Of a stretch of DNA of 64,000 bases, positions 20,440 to 29,474 are shown piece by piece; position 1 is the first letter of the stretch, and each line of letters opens with the position of its first letter. The stretch lies in the NCBI GenBank assembly GCA_000965745.1, contig CP009479.1, forward strand, positions 1,600,001 through 1,664,000. Direction: 5' to 3'. Below the pieces are notes generated by a model. It searched no databases and had not been told where the DNA came from. It saw nothing but the letters and a program-made list of their open reading frames with translations. Origin of the DNA: an uncultured archaeon (GTDB lineage: Archaea > Thermoplasmatota > Thermoplasmata > Thermoplasmatales > Thermoplasmataceae). Both the position numbers and the translations under genes were made by a program.

Positions 20440-23055
20440 ATGTTCAAGAACAACATTATTGTAATTTTGGTAGTATTTTTAGTAATAGCCAGTTCCCTTA
20501 CGCTCCTGTTCACTTCGGGGAATAGCCAGGCTAAAAATTTCCAGAGTGAGCCGCTCATGACACCCTCTGTATCGTGGAGCGGGAACCTTATAATCTATGC
20601 TGATGGAACCGTAAACCTCCTCTCCGCCCCTATAGTCAAGAGTGGGGATTATTATAACCTTACAGGTGACATAAACGGGAGCATATCGATTCAAAGGCAA
20701 GGGGCCATATTCAACGGCCAGGGCTTCAACGTGACGAATTACCAGTCAACTTCTCCTGTTCAGCTTAGTGAAGCGGATTACATCACTGTCGAGAACACCA
20801 ATGTTACAACTATGTGGGCTTCTGGAATTGACCTGTACCAGTCAAGCCATGACACAATTTTCAACAATACCGTAACCGGAATGTCTGCGGGAATATTCGT
20901 GTATGCCCCGTATGACGGCATATACAATAACACGGTGAACATGGTGCTGACTGATCCTTACTTTAGCGGAATTCCAACCGGTATAGTCACCCATTCGAGC
21001 TACACAACAATAACCGGAAATAGCATCTACATCCCGTCCTCTTCGGATGGTGTAGTGTCAGATGCCCAGCACGGCCTCATTTCAAGCAATATCATCAACA
21101 TCTCAGGCGAAAATTCGAGAGCAATATTTCTGTCAAACGGATACAATATTGTAGAAAACAACAGCATCATCGCCACGGGAATCTCATCATACGGTGCATA
21201 TTTTTCACCCACCTCCCAGTTCAACACAGTCCAGCACAACCTGGTAAATGTAAACGGTAACAGGTCATATGCAATTTCCTCTGCAGACGGGTTTAACAAT
21301 ATCTCATTCAACACGATCTCAGTAAACGGATACTGGTCGTACGGAATTGGCATCGCATCATCCGGAACAGGTTCATCCTACGTTTTCAGCAATGACCTGT
21401 CAGTATCCGGCTCCAACTCTATCGGAGTATACAGCAATAGCTATAATGCATCAATCCGGTCAAACACAATAACTGTGAGTGGAAACTCAACATACGGAAT
21501 CGGCAGTTACGCCCTCGGAAACATTATGGACAACACAGTGACTGTCAGCGGTACACGTGTGTACGGATTGTATTCCTCACAGAATGACAGGCAGATCTCA
21601 GGCAACATCGTAACGGTGAATGGAAACTCTTCATTCGGGCTTTATCTGGAAGGGAGCAACTACCTGACAGTGAAAGAAAACTCAGTAACGATGAATGGAA
21701 ATCACGTCAATGCCACATGGCTTGCAGGGACTTACACTACACTAGTGGGCAACACCATCAACGCAGGAAAAAACAATGGGACCGCCCTTTACATGCAGAG
21801 GTTCTCCGACAACAACAACTTCTTCAACAACTCATTCTTAAACAGTTCAGTTGGTTTCCAGAACATCATATCCAAGGGAAATACCTTCACAGGCAACAGC
21901 CTGGTGAATGACACCCTCGTGTTCAGGATAACGGGCCAGTCATCCAATCTCTACTACCACAACAATTTCATCAACTACTCAAGCTACAGCATTGCTCCGA
22001 ACTCTGTCTCAATATGGGACAACGGCTATCCATCCGGGGGCAACTACTGGTCAGGCTATGGGGGTATTGACTTCTATTCTGGCCCAGGCCAGAACATTAC
22101 AGGGCCTGATGGAATCGGCGACACTCAGTTTAACCTGACCGGAAGCAACGTAGACTACTATCCTCTGATGAAACCGTGGACGCACCCAAAGGCCATATTC
22201 ACGGAGACGGGGCTTGAACCAGGAACAACGTGGTCCGTGACATTCAGCGGGACTGTTCTATCATCTACAGGTGACACTGTGTCCTACGAGATAATGAACG
22301 CAACCAATGCATCCTATGATTATGCTGTTTCCGATATATCCGGGTATACCATCTCATTGAATGCATCCGGAACTGTCATATTCAACGGGTCGACAATAAC
22401 TGTAGAGGTTACATTCGCAAAAGTGATTCCACCACCTCCGCCCCCGCCTCCTCCTCCTGAAACTTACTCTGTCAAGTTTATTGAAAACGGCCTCCCCGAT
22501 GGAACCACATGGAGCATTACCCTGAACGGGACAACCAAGACATTCACGACATCCACAATTCCGTACGATATGGCAAACGGATCTTACAGCTACAGCACAG
22601 GGATCGTGCAGGGATACTCCCCGGCGGCTGGAACAGGCACCGTAACAGTGGATGGAACCGGTGTCACGGTCAACATACAGTTTTCCGTGGTCACTTACAG
22701 TGTCATCTTCACCAACGTGGGGCTACCTTCCGGAATGAAATGGTACGTGAATCTCAGCAGCGGCCAGTCATTCTCCTCAACAACAAGCTCAATATCCATG
22801 GACCTGGCGAACGGAACGTATTCTTACTCGGTTGACAAAGTAGGCAATTACAACCTGACTCCGGAATCAGGCAACCTGACTGTTGCTGGTGCATCCCCAT
22901 CTCCCGTGACAATCACGTTCAGCGAAAACACAACCGTACCGCCTCCTCTTGAGCAGCCCGGTGGATTATCTTTCTGGATTTACATCATAATTGGAATCGT
23001 TGCAGGAGCAGCGGCAGTTGGAATCACACTCTCAATATACTACAGGAGAAAGTAG
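20440..23055 (+). CDS. surface glycoprotein: right-handed beta-helix/NosD-like domain, thermopsin-type repeats, C-terminal TM anchor
   Basis: Asn-rich repeats, GGNYWS.Y.G.D..DGIGD...DYYPL, three FxExGLPxGxxW repeats, poly-Pro linker, TM followed by RRK. Confidence 0.88.
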   Translation: MFKNNIIVILVVFLVIASSLTLLFTSGNSQAKNFQSEPLMTPSVSWSGNLIIYADGTVNLLSAPIVKSGDYYNLTGDINGSISIQRQGAIFNGQGFNVTNYQSTSPVQLSEADYITVENTNVTTMWASGIDLYQSSHDTIFNNTVTGMSAGIFVYAPYDGIYNNTVNMVLTDPYFSGIPTGIVTHSSYTTITGNSIYIPSSSDGVVSDAQHGLISSNIINISGENSRAIFLSNGYNIVENNSIIATGISSYGAYFSPTSQFNTVQHNLVNVNGNRSYAISSADGFNNISFNTISVNGYWSYGIGIASSGTGSSYVFSNDLSVSGSNSIGVYSNSYNASIRSNTITVSGNSTYGIGSYALGNIMDNTVTVSGTRVYGLYSSQNDRQISGNIVTVNGNSSFGLYLEGSNYLTVKENSVTMNGNHVNATWLAGTYTTLVGNTINAGKNNGTALYMQRFSDNNNFFNNSFLNSSVGFQNIISKGNTFTGNSLVNDTLVFRITGQSSNLYYHNNFINYSSYSIAPNSVSIWDNGYPSGGNYWSGYGGIDFYSGPGQNITGPDGIGDTQFNLTGSNVDYYPLMKPWTHPKAIFTETGLEPGTTWSVTFSGTVLSSTGDTVSYEIMNATNASYDYAVSDISGYTISLNASGTVIFNGSTITVEVTFAKVIPPPPPPPPPPETYSVKFIENGLPDGTTWSITLNGTTKTFTTSTIPYDMANGSYSYSTGIVQGYSPAAGTGTVTVDGTGVTVNIQFSVVTYSVIFTNVGLPSGMKWYVNLSSGQSFSSTTSSISMDLANGTYSYSVDKVGNYNLTPESGNLTVAGASPSPVTITFSENTTVPPPLEQPGGLSFWIYIIIGIVAGAAAVGITLSIYYRRK

Positions 23056-23133
23056 GTGTAAGATGAAAAGTAAACCAAAGAGGGAAAAAGAAAAGGAAGA
23101 CTATCGGCTGGCAACAACCATATTCTCTTTGGC

Positions 23134-24447
23134 TTAGAAGCCCGGCTCTTTGAGGTGCCAGTCTGTAAGCTTCTGGTACTCAATTCCAAGAGACACAGTT
23201 CGGGCATCGCAATTCCTCAACGAGACAACCTGGAGGCCAACAGGCAGACCCGCAGAGAATCCGCAAGGCAGCGACAGCGCAGGCATTCCAAGGTAATTGA
23301 ACTCCGCCTGGAACATGGCATATTCCGCATGGGCCGCCAGATCCATTTCATCGAACTCCTTGACTCTGGGGGCAGTTCTGGGAAGTGTTGGGGAAAGAAG
23401 TATGTCCAGTCCTTTCATCTGCCCTTTCATCCTTTCATAAAGGACATCACGCTTCCTGAGTGCCTGGATGTAATCGACTGCCTTTCGACTGAGACCCGCC
23501 TCAATCTGCTCTATGGACGTGCCCATATACATGCTTGGGTCCGATGCATACATATCCCGGTGAACAGTTGCAATCTCAGCCGTATCAATTATCTCGTGCA
23601 ATCTTGCAGATTCCTCCAGCGCATCAGACTTGAAATCCACCGTTTCGACAATCCCCTCGGATTCGAGTGCGTCTATGGAAGAGTACACCACTTTTCGCAC
23701 CTGTGGATCGGTCTCATCAAGATAGTCACTGATTATGCCCGCTTTCATGGGTACCCTCGGGGGAGGCACATCCATTGGACTGCCCATGGCTTCCATAACA
23801 AGGGGTATATCTTCGGCATACCTCACCATCGGGCCAACATGATCAAGGGACCATGACTCGGGAAACACTCCGACCACTGGAACGGAGCCATAGGTAGGTT
23901 TAAGGCCGGTAACCCCGCACATCGCAGCTGGAATTCTGATGGAGCCGCCAGTGTCTGAGCCAAGCGCAAAAACTGCCATTCCTGCTGCAAGTGCAGCTGC
24001 TGATCCTCCGCTTGAGCCACCGGGAATTCTATTTGCATCATACGGGTTTACAGTGGGAGGGCTTTCCATTCCGAGCGCGAACTCATGCGTGTTGGTTTTC
24101 CCAAGAATGTAGGCGCCTGCCTTGACAAGCCTGTTAACAACTTCCGCACTTGTTTCTGGAATGTTGGATGAAAATCTGCTGTTGCCATAGGTGGTCCGTA
24201 TTCCCTTTGTATCTATCAGATCCTTGGCTGAGACCGGTATGCCGTGCAACGGGCCCGAAAATTTGCTCTCCCTTGCAAGAGAAGATAATCTCTCCGCGTC
24301 CTCCCCGGCATTCCGGCTCAGCGTTGTATAGCTTTTTATTGCCCCGTCAAGCTTATCAATATTCGAAACCAGGGCCTCGTAAAATTCACTTGGGATGAGG
24401 TCTCCGCTTTTTATTTCTGCTGCTGCCTGTTTAACACTCTTGATCAT
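23134..24447 (-). CDS. amidase signature family enzyme
   Basis: GGSSGGS, GSDTGGSIRIPA and KD motifs. Confidence 0.92.
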   Translation of the reverse strand: MIKSVKQAAAEIKSGDLIPSEFYEALVSNIDKLDGAIKSYTTLSRNAGEDAERLSSLARESKFSGPLHGIPVSAKDLIDTKGIRTTYGNSRFSSNIPETSAEVVNRLVKAGAYILGKTNTHEFALGMESPPTVNPYDANRIPGGSSGGSAAALAAGMAVFALGSDTGGSIRIPAAMCGVTGLKPTYGSVPVVGVFPESWSLDHVGPMVRYAEDIPLVMEAMGSPMDVPPPRVPMKAGIISDYLDETDPQVRKVVYSSIDALESEGIVETVDFKSDALEESARLHEIIDTAEIATVHRDMYASDPSMYMGTSIEQIEAGLSRKAVDYIQALRKRDVLYERMKGQMKGLDILLSPTLPRTAPRVKEFDEMDLAAHAEYAMFQAEFNYLGMPALSLPCGFSAGLPVGLQVVSLRNCDARTVSLGIEYQKLTDWHLKEPGF

Positions 24448-24621
24448 CGGGTTCAGTAATAGGAAACAAAACAATGTTCTTTTATTCTTTCAACACCACC
24501 GGTTCTTGTACTGTTGTGTCGAATAACGGCAATTAAACGAGAACCGGGCCTTGCAATAACAGGATCTGTCTATTTTCTACATGACCGCTAATGAAGTTTT
24601 TTATACATTCCGAACATCATA

Positions 24622-24641
24622 AATTTAGGTAAGCCTAAATT
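24622..24641. promoter_or_regulatory. DtxR/IdeR-type metal-repressor operator
   Basis: Perfect palindrome AATTTAGG-TAAG-CCTAAATT between a TATA-like TTTTATA and the ZIP start. Confidence 0.7.
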
Positions 24642-24673
24642 ACATTGGGCTAACCTCGGGAAAAACTGATAGA

Positions 24674-25495
24674 ATGCTGAATTACACTGCACTCCTGGTA
24701 CTAGGGGCCATTGCCGGATTTACGATATACTTTGGTCTGGCTTTCTCCAAGGTCAGTGTTATGAAAGCCCAGTCCAGGCTTATGATGAGTGCAGTAGCAG
24801 CAGGGATCCTCACTTTTTTGATATTTGATGTCCTGCAGGGATCATGGTCAGTTGTTGAAGACTCTTTCATCACCTCAATTTCAGCAGGGACTTCACTTAA
24901 TAATCCAATACTTTATCTCGCAGTCTTCATGATAGGGCTTTCCCTTGGAAGCATCGGCCTTTCCGCATACGAAAGGGTGTTCATAGCCTCAATGGCCAGG
25001 AAATCCTCCAAACACGATGAAAACACCATTCTAGGCAACAGCTCTTACAGGCTTGCACTGATGATCGCCATAGGCATAGGTGCTCACAACTTCGGAGAAG
25101 GGCTCGCCATTGGCCAGTCATACTCATCGGGGGCCATCGCCCTGGCACTCGTTCTGGTTATTGGATTTGGTCTTCACAACTCCACTGAGGGGTTTGGGAT
25201 ATGCGGGCCGCTTGTCCGTGAATCAGGCACTCCACGCACAAGCTTCCTGATACTTGCAGGACTGATTGGTGGAGGGCCCACTTTTCTTGGGACGGTTATA
25301 GGATCTTTCTGGGTTTCAGAAATAGCCAAGGTGCTGTTTCTTTCCTTTGCAGCCGGTGCCCTGATATACGTGACATTCACCATGTACAGGTCAATAGCCT
25401 CACAGATGTCCGGCAACAGGATATTTGTCGGTCTGTTTATTGGCGTGGCACTGGGATTCCTTACAGATCTTGTTGTTACTATTGGCGGGGTTTGA
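24674..25495 (+). CDS. ZIP-family divalent metal transporter
   Basis: HNFGEGLAIG and LHNSTEG motifs. Confidence 0.92.
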   Translation: MLNYTALLVLGAIAGFTIYFGLAFSKVSVMKAQSRLMMSAVAAGILTFLIFDVLQGSWSVVEDSFITSISAGTSLNNPILYLAVFMIGLSLGSIGLSAYERVFIASMARKSSKHDENTILGNSSYRLALMIAIGIGAHNFGEGLAIGQSYSSGAIALALVLVIGFGLHNSTEGFGICGPLVRESGTPRTSFLILAGLIGGGPTFLGTVIGSFWVSEIAKVLFLSFAAGALIYVTFTMYRSIASQMSGNRIFVGLFIGVALGFLTDLVVTIGGV

Positions 25496-25550
25496 TCCTG
25501 CCGGGCCTTAACTAAACCGTTTAGTTGTAGGAACCAATAGAGTCATCGTT

Positions 25551-26318
25551 ATGGAAAGCACCCTTGAAGATCAGCTTAAGAATTTTTTCCAGCTCATAAA
25601 GGAAGGCAGGACGGAAGAGATTTACAGCATACTGTCGGAGAATCCCGTGATTGACTCCCCTGTGGCCGGGAGATTCGAGGGAAACGATTCTGTTAATGAG
25701 TACCTCCTGCAGAAGAAGAAGTGGCTCGATGATTATAACGCAACAGTCGATCCATTCTCAACCATAGTAACAAACGAAGCAATAGTGGTTGAATATAACT
25801 TCTTCATCTCAGTGGAAGGAAAAACTAAGGACCTCCCGGTCGCAATTGTGGGCATGATCGAAAGGGATTCTGTGAAGGAGATCAGGATCTATTACAGTAC
25901 CTGGCCACTTTATGGAAAGCACTCGGGACGCAGGCCAATTCTCGAAGAGAATCCAGGGCTGTTTATGCCTGATATTGTGAGAGATTACATGAACGCAATA
26001 TCTGGAACGGACGCCGAGGCTGTTGTCAAACTCTTCACGGAATCGGGTTACATTCGGGAGCCCAGCGGATCTGAGTTCACCCATATAGGCGAGAAAGGCC
26101 TGCGTGGATTTTACAGCTCCGCGATTTCAGGAGGCGGAATCCCGCTCAAGCACTGCACCTGCTTCACCGATGGCACAAGGACTGCTGTGGAATACAACTT
26201 TAGTGAATGGAACGGTGTGAAATTTCCGCCAGAAGCTGGAATTGCTGTGTACGTGACCGGAAATGAAGGCAGGTTGCTCGCAGCAAGGATATATGACGAC
26301 GCTGATCCATCGCGGTAG
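25551..26318 (+). CDS. tandem SnoaL/NTF2-like protein
   Basis: Two NTF2-like repeats ending in IRIYY and ARIYDD. Confidence 0.75.
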   Translation: MESTLEDQLKNFFQLIKEGRTEEIYSILSENPVIDSPVAGRFEGNDSVNEYLLQKKKWLDDYNATVDPFSTIVTNEAIVVEYNFFISVEGKTKDLPVAIVGMIERDSVKEIRIYYSTWPLYGKHSGRRPILEENPGLFMPDIVRDYMNAISGTDAEAVVKLFTESGYIREPSGSEFTHIGEKGLRGFYSSAISGGGIPLKHCTCFTDGTRTAVEYNFSEWNGVKFPPEAGIAVYVTGNEGRLLAARIYDDADPSR

Positions 26319-26447
26319 GGACATTCGCACAAAGTGCGAAATAAACGGCCATTGCCCTATATCTAGTATTATACGTGCCGGGTGGCCTGTGATATCCTGG
26401 CTGTTCCAACACAATTATATATCGATTATCAGCTATTCTTTCCTATC

Positions 26448-27284
26448 ATGGCGTTTACTGGCCTGAAAGCCGGCTGGAGTCTGGCTAAGTCTGTAAGGGC
26501 TCTTGTATCTGGGGACAGGAGTCTGCTAATTTATCCAGTCATATCCGGCATAATAGGTGTGGTTCTCTTTGGGTTAACCTTCCTTGGATCCCTTTTCATA
26601 CCGATTGATTTCCCTGTTCACTGGAAGATCATCGTCGGCGTGGCTATCTCTTACGTTGTTACAGGATTTGTTTCCACTTATTTTCTTGTCGCGATGCTGA
26701 TATCGTTCAAGTCTTACGAAGCAGGGGACAGGATCGGCATGGGTGAAGCACTTGCCAGGACACGCCCTTATACGGTTAGAATTCTCGAATGGGCAATCTT
26801 CTACACAATACTCGTAATGATCCTGAGGGCCATAGAATCCAGGTTTCGTGGCATATCTCAAATCGTTGTGGCAGGTGTTGGCTCCCTCGGAATAACTATC
26901 GCAACTTTCTTCGCCGTTCCTGCCATTCTCGAGAAGAAAGTCGGCCCTATTGATGCTGTGAAGGAAAGCCTGGGCACCATAAGGAGAACTGTGGGTCCTG
27001 TTTTCGGTGGAGTAGTGTATATTGACCTCTACACCCTCATATTCACACTGGGAGGTATGCTCCTGGCACTCGCCGGCGGAATATTCATGCCAAACCTTGT
27101 TCTGAAGGTGATCCTGATAGGGACCGGCGTCGCAATAATGGTCCTGGGGATGGTCCTCAATTTTACATACTTCAACATCCTGAAGCTGCTTCTTTATGAC
27201 TATTTCAACGGTGAGAAACTTCCTGAAGGTATTGATGAAACCCTGGTCCAGCAGGCAATAAAAAGAAGGGGAAATTTGCTCTAA
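26448..27284 (+). CDS. conserved membrane protein (DUF6159-like)
   Basis: GWSLAK.S...TFFAVPAI.E..GP.DAVKES pattern; about 5-6 TM segments. Confidence 0.75.
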   Translation: MAFTGLKAGWSLAKSVRALVSGDRSLLIYPVISGIIGVVLFGLTFLGSLFIPIDFPVHWKIIVGVAISYVVTGFVSTYFLVAMLISFKSYEAGDRIGMGEALARTRPYTVRILEWAIFYTILVMILRAIESRFRGISQIVVAGVGSLGITIATFFAVPAILEKKVGPIDAVKESLGTIRRTVGPVFGGVVYIDLYTLIFTLGGMLLALAGGIFMPNLVLKVILIGTGVAIMVLGMVLNFTYFNILKLLLYDYFNGEKLPEGIDETLVQQAIKRRGNLL

Positions 27285-27334
27285 TCTGAAAACAGGGCGC
27301 CATCCGTTTCAATCACTTCCAGGCCCGATTGCCA

Positions 27335-27889
27335 CTACTCCAGCAGCCCTATGAGTTCGTCAGCTTCCTGGCGCGTCAGTTCCTTCATGTCCTTGCTAAG
27401 GGTCTGGTTAAGGAAGCGATCTGTAACTGCCCTCCTTTCCTCAGTATTCTGAAGCTCGTTCAGCACTTCGATCTGGTCTATGGTCATGGGGGCATCCAGC
27501 TTTTCCCCCTCGCTCGGGGGCCTCATTGACTTCAGGACAGCTATGAGTTCAGATGCCTCGCTGGAGGAAAGAGAATTTATGGATCTCTTATCCCTCACCT
27601 TAAGGAAGTAGTTCGTATAGTCCCTTCTCTGGGGAGTGTCCTGCAGCTGGTCAATAAAGATCAGTTGTTTTGGTGTCAGATATCTGTCGATCAGAACCTT
27701 TGCTGAAACTCTCTTCAATTCATCTATCAATTGCGACGCCTCCTTCATCGAGAGCCCCTCAATTTCCTCTTTCCCGGTTTTCAGAAGGTACTCACTCACA
27801 TGATCCTTTGCTGCCAGTGACTCTTTCGCAAGCGTGGATATAATGTCGATCTGCCCGTCTGTTGGCGCCATTCTTTTTACCATAACCAT
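27335..27889 (-). CDS. hypothetical protein with three ~60-aa helical repeats
   Basis: T..Q...I..L...L(S/T)..EA..LI..L occurs three times. Confidence 0.75.
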   Translation of the reverse strand: MVMVKRMAPTDGQIDIISTLAKESLAAKDHVSEYLLKTGKEEIEGLSMKEASQLIDELKRVSAKVLIDRYLTPKQLIFIDQLQDTPQRRDYTNYFLKVRDKRSINSLSSSEASELIAVLKSMRPPSEGEKLDAPMTIDQIEVLNELQNTEERRAVTDRFLNQTLSKDMKELTRQEADELIGLLE

Positions 27890-28147
27890 CTAAACCCCCC
27901 CTTTGGCACATATTGTGGCAGGCATCACACTTGACGATCAGAACATGAATATCCCGATCCTTCCGCATGGACTGCTGCCATGTTAATCATGGATATGCAA
28001 CTATTCTACCTTTACCGCTCAATAAGTAGGTATGGGGTGAGGGTGGCCTGATCTTAACAGGAACGCGCAAGTATTTTATACAGTCAGTTAATCGGCAGGG
28101 AGTGTCATGGTTTGCCATGACAGATTAGCCATCGGGTGAAGGAAGAA

Positions 28148-28216
28148 ATGTTGACCTTGGTATTGCATGAAGTACTTTTGTTGAACGAGTCAACGCTCTC
28201 ACCCGTGGTTCTGTAA
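28148..28216 (+). CDS. putative leu operon leader peptide MLTLVLHEVLLLNESTLSPVVL
   Basis: 8 Leu and 4 Val in 22 aa; GGGTGA SD at 28134-28139; ends 21 nt before the leuA start. Confidence 0.6.
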   Translation: MLTLVLHEVLLLNESTLSPVVL

Positions 28217-28237
28217 AGAGAATTTTTGGGTGATAGT

Positions 28238-29473
28238 GTGTTTTCTGAAAGTGATAGTGTAAACTATGTTTTATCGAAGGGGCCGGTTCAGAACGTATTC
28301 CGTACGGGTGAATTCCACGACTGGGGGATGGACCTTAAGGATGTGGCAGGGAGGATCAAAATTCTTGACACGACCCTGAGGGATGGCGAGCAGTCTCCCG
28401 GGGTTTCAATATCCGTTCATGAGAAGATCAGAATCGCCAGCCTTCTTGAAAGTGCAGGGGTAGACGTTATAGAAGCAGGCTTTCCCATTGCGTCGGATGC
28501 TGAGAAACATGCAGTTTCCCAGATAAACTCGGTCATCAGCAAATCCGAGGTGTGCGGTCTTGCTAGATGCACAGGGAAAGATATTGAGGCTGTAATGGGA
28601 ACAGGTGTGAAGAGGGTGCATCTTTTCATCGCCACTTCTGACATTCACATGAGGCATAAGCTGAAGATGGACAGAAGCCAGGTTATTGAAAGCATATCAA
28701 AGTCTGTTGACTCTGTTGCATCCAGGGGCGTAAAAGTGGAATTTTCCTGCGAAGACGCAACAAGATCAAATATGGATTTTCTCAAGGAAGCTTTCAAGAC
28801 GGCAAGGGACAGTGGTGCATCAGTCCTCAATATACCAGACACCGTTGGGGCCCTCTCTCCAACGGCCATGATGCATATCGTGAAAGAAATAAGGGGCGCG
28901 ACTTCCACGGAGATAAGCGTCCATTGCCACAATGACTTTGGACTTGCAACCGCAAACACCCTCTTCGGCATAATGGGCGGTGCAACACAGGCTCACGTAA
29001 CCGTAAACGGCATCGGAGAAAGAGCTGGAAACGCATCACTGGAAGAGGTAGTCGTGGGAATCGAGTCATTCCTGTCATCAGGCACCGGCATGAGCAAGGA
29101 GAAGCTCTGGGAACTCTCGAAGGAAGTTTCATCCGTAACGGGCATGGCAGTTCAGCAGAACAAGGCAATTGTAGGTGAGAACGCGTATGCCCACGAGGCC
29201 GGAATACACGTTCATGGGATTGTGAACGAGGTGTCCACCTATGAGCCCATAGATCCTGCGGTGGTTGGAACCGAACGCAGGATAGTTGTTGGGAAGCATT
29301 CCGGGGTAAACTCGATCCGTTGGATTATGGAACGCAATGGAATAGAAGCTGACCTGGAGACTGCCAGGGAAATTCTCCGGGAAGTGAAAAAGATCCGTGA
29401 AGGTGGAACAAGAGTGGACGAGGAAAAAGTTGTCGAAATGTTCCAGGAATACACTAAGATAGGAGGAAACTGA
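28238..29473 (+). CDS. leuA: 2-isopropylmalate synthase (short form, no regulatory domain)
   Basis: DTTLRDGEQSPG, HCHND, GERAGN and HEAGIH motifs; GTG start after GGGTGA. Homocitrate synthase is not excluded. Confidence 0.8.
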   Translation: MFSESDSVNYVLSKGPVQNVFRTGEFHDWGMDLKDVAGRIKILDTTLRDGEQSPGVSISVHEKIRIASLLESAGVDVIEAGFPIASDAEKHAVSQINSVISKSEVCGLARCTGKDIEAVMGTGVKRVHLFIATSDIHMRHKLKMDRSQVIESISKSVDSVASRGVKVEFSCEDATRSNMDFLKEAFKTARDSGASVLNIPDTVGALSPTAMMHIVKEIRGATSTEISVHCHNDFGLATANTLFGIMGGATQAHVTVNGIGERAGNASLEEVVVGIESFLSSGTGMSKEKLWELSKEVSSVTGMAVQQNKAIVGENAYAHEAGIHVHGIVNEVSTYEPIDPAVVGTERRIVVGKHSGVNSIRWIMERNGIEADLETAREILREVKKIREGGTRVDEEKVVEMFQEYTKIGGN

Positions 29474-29474
29474 A

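Noticed and set aside
23155-23856. Long antisense or overlapping ORFs (e.g. 23155-23856, 60455-61135, 45429-46034, 13348-13971)
   Set aside because: Shadows of well-supported genes on the opposite strand.
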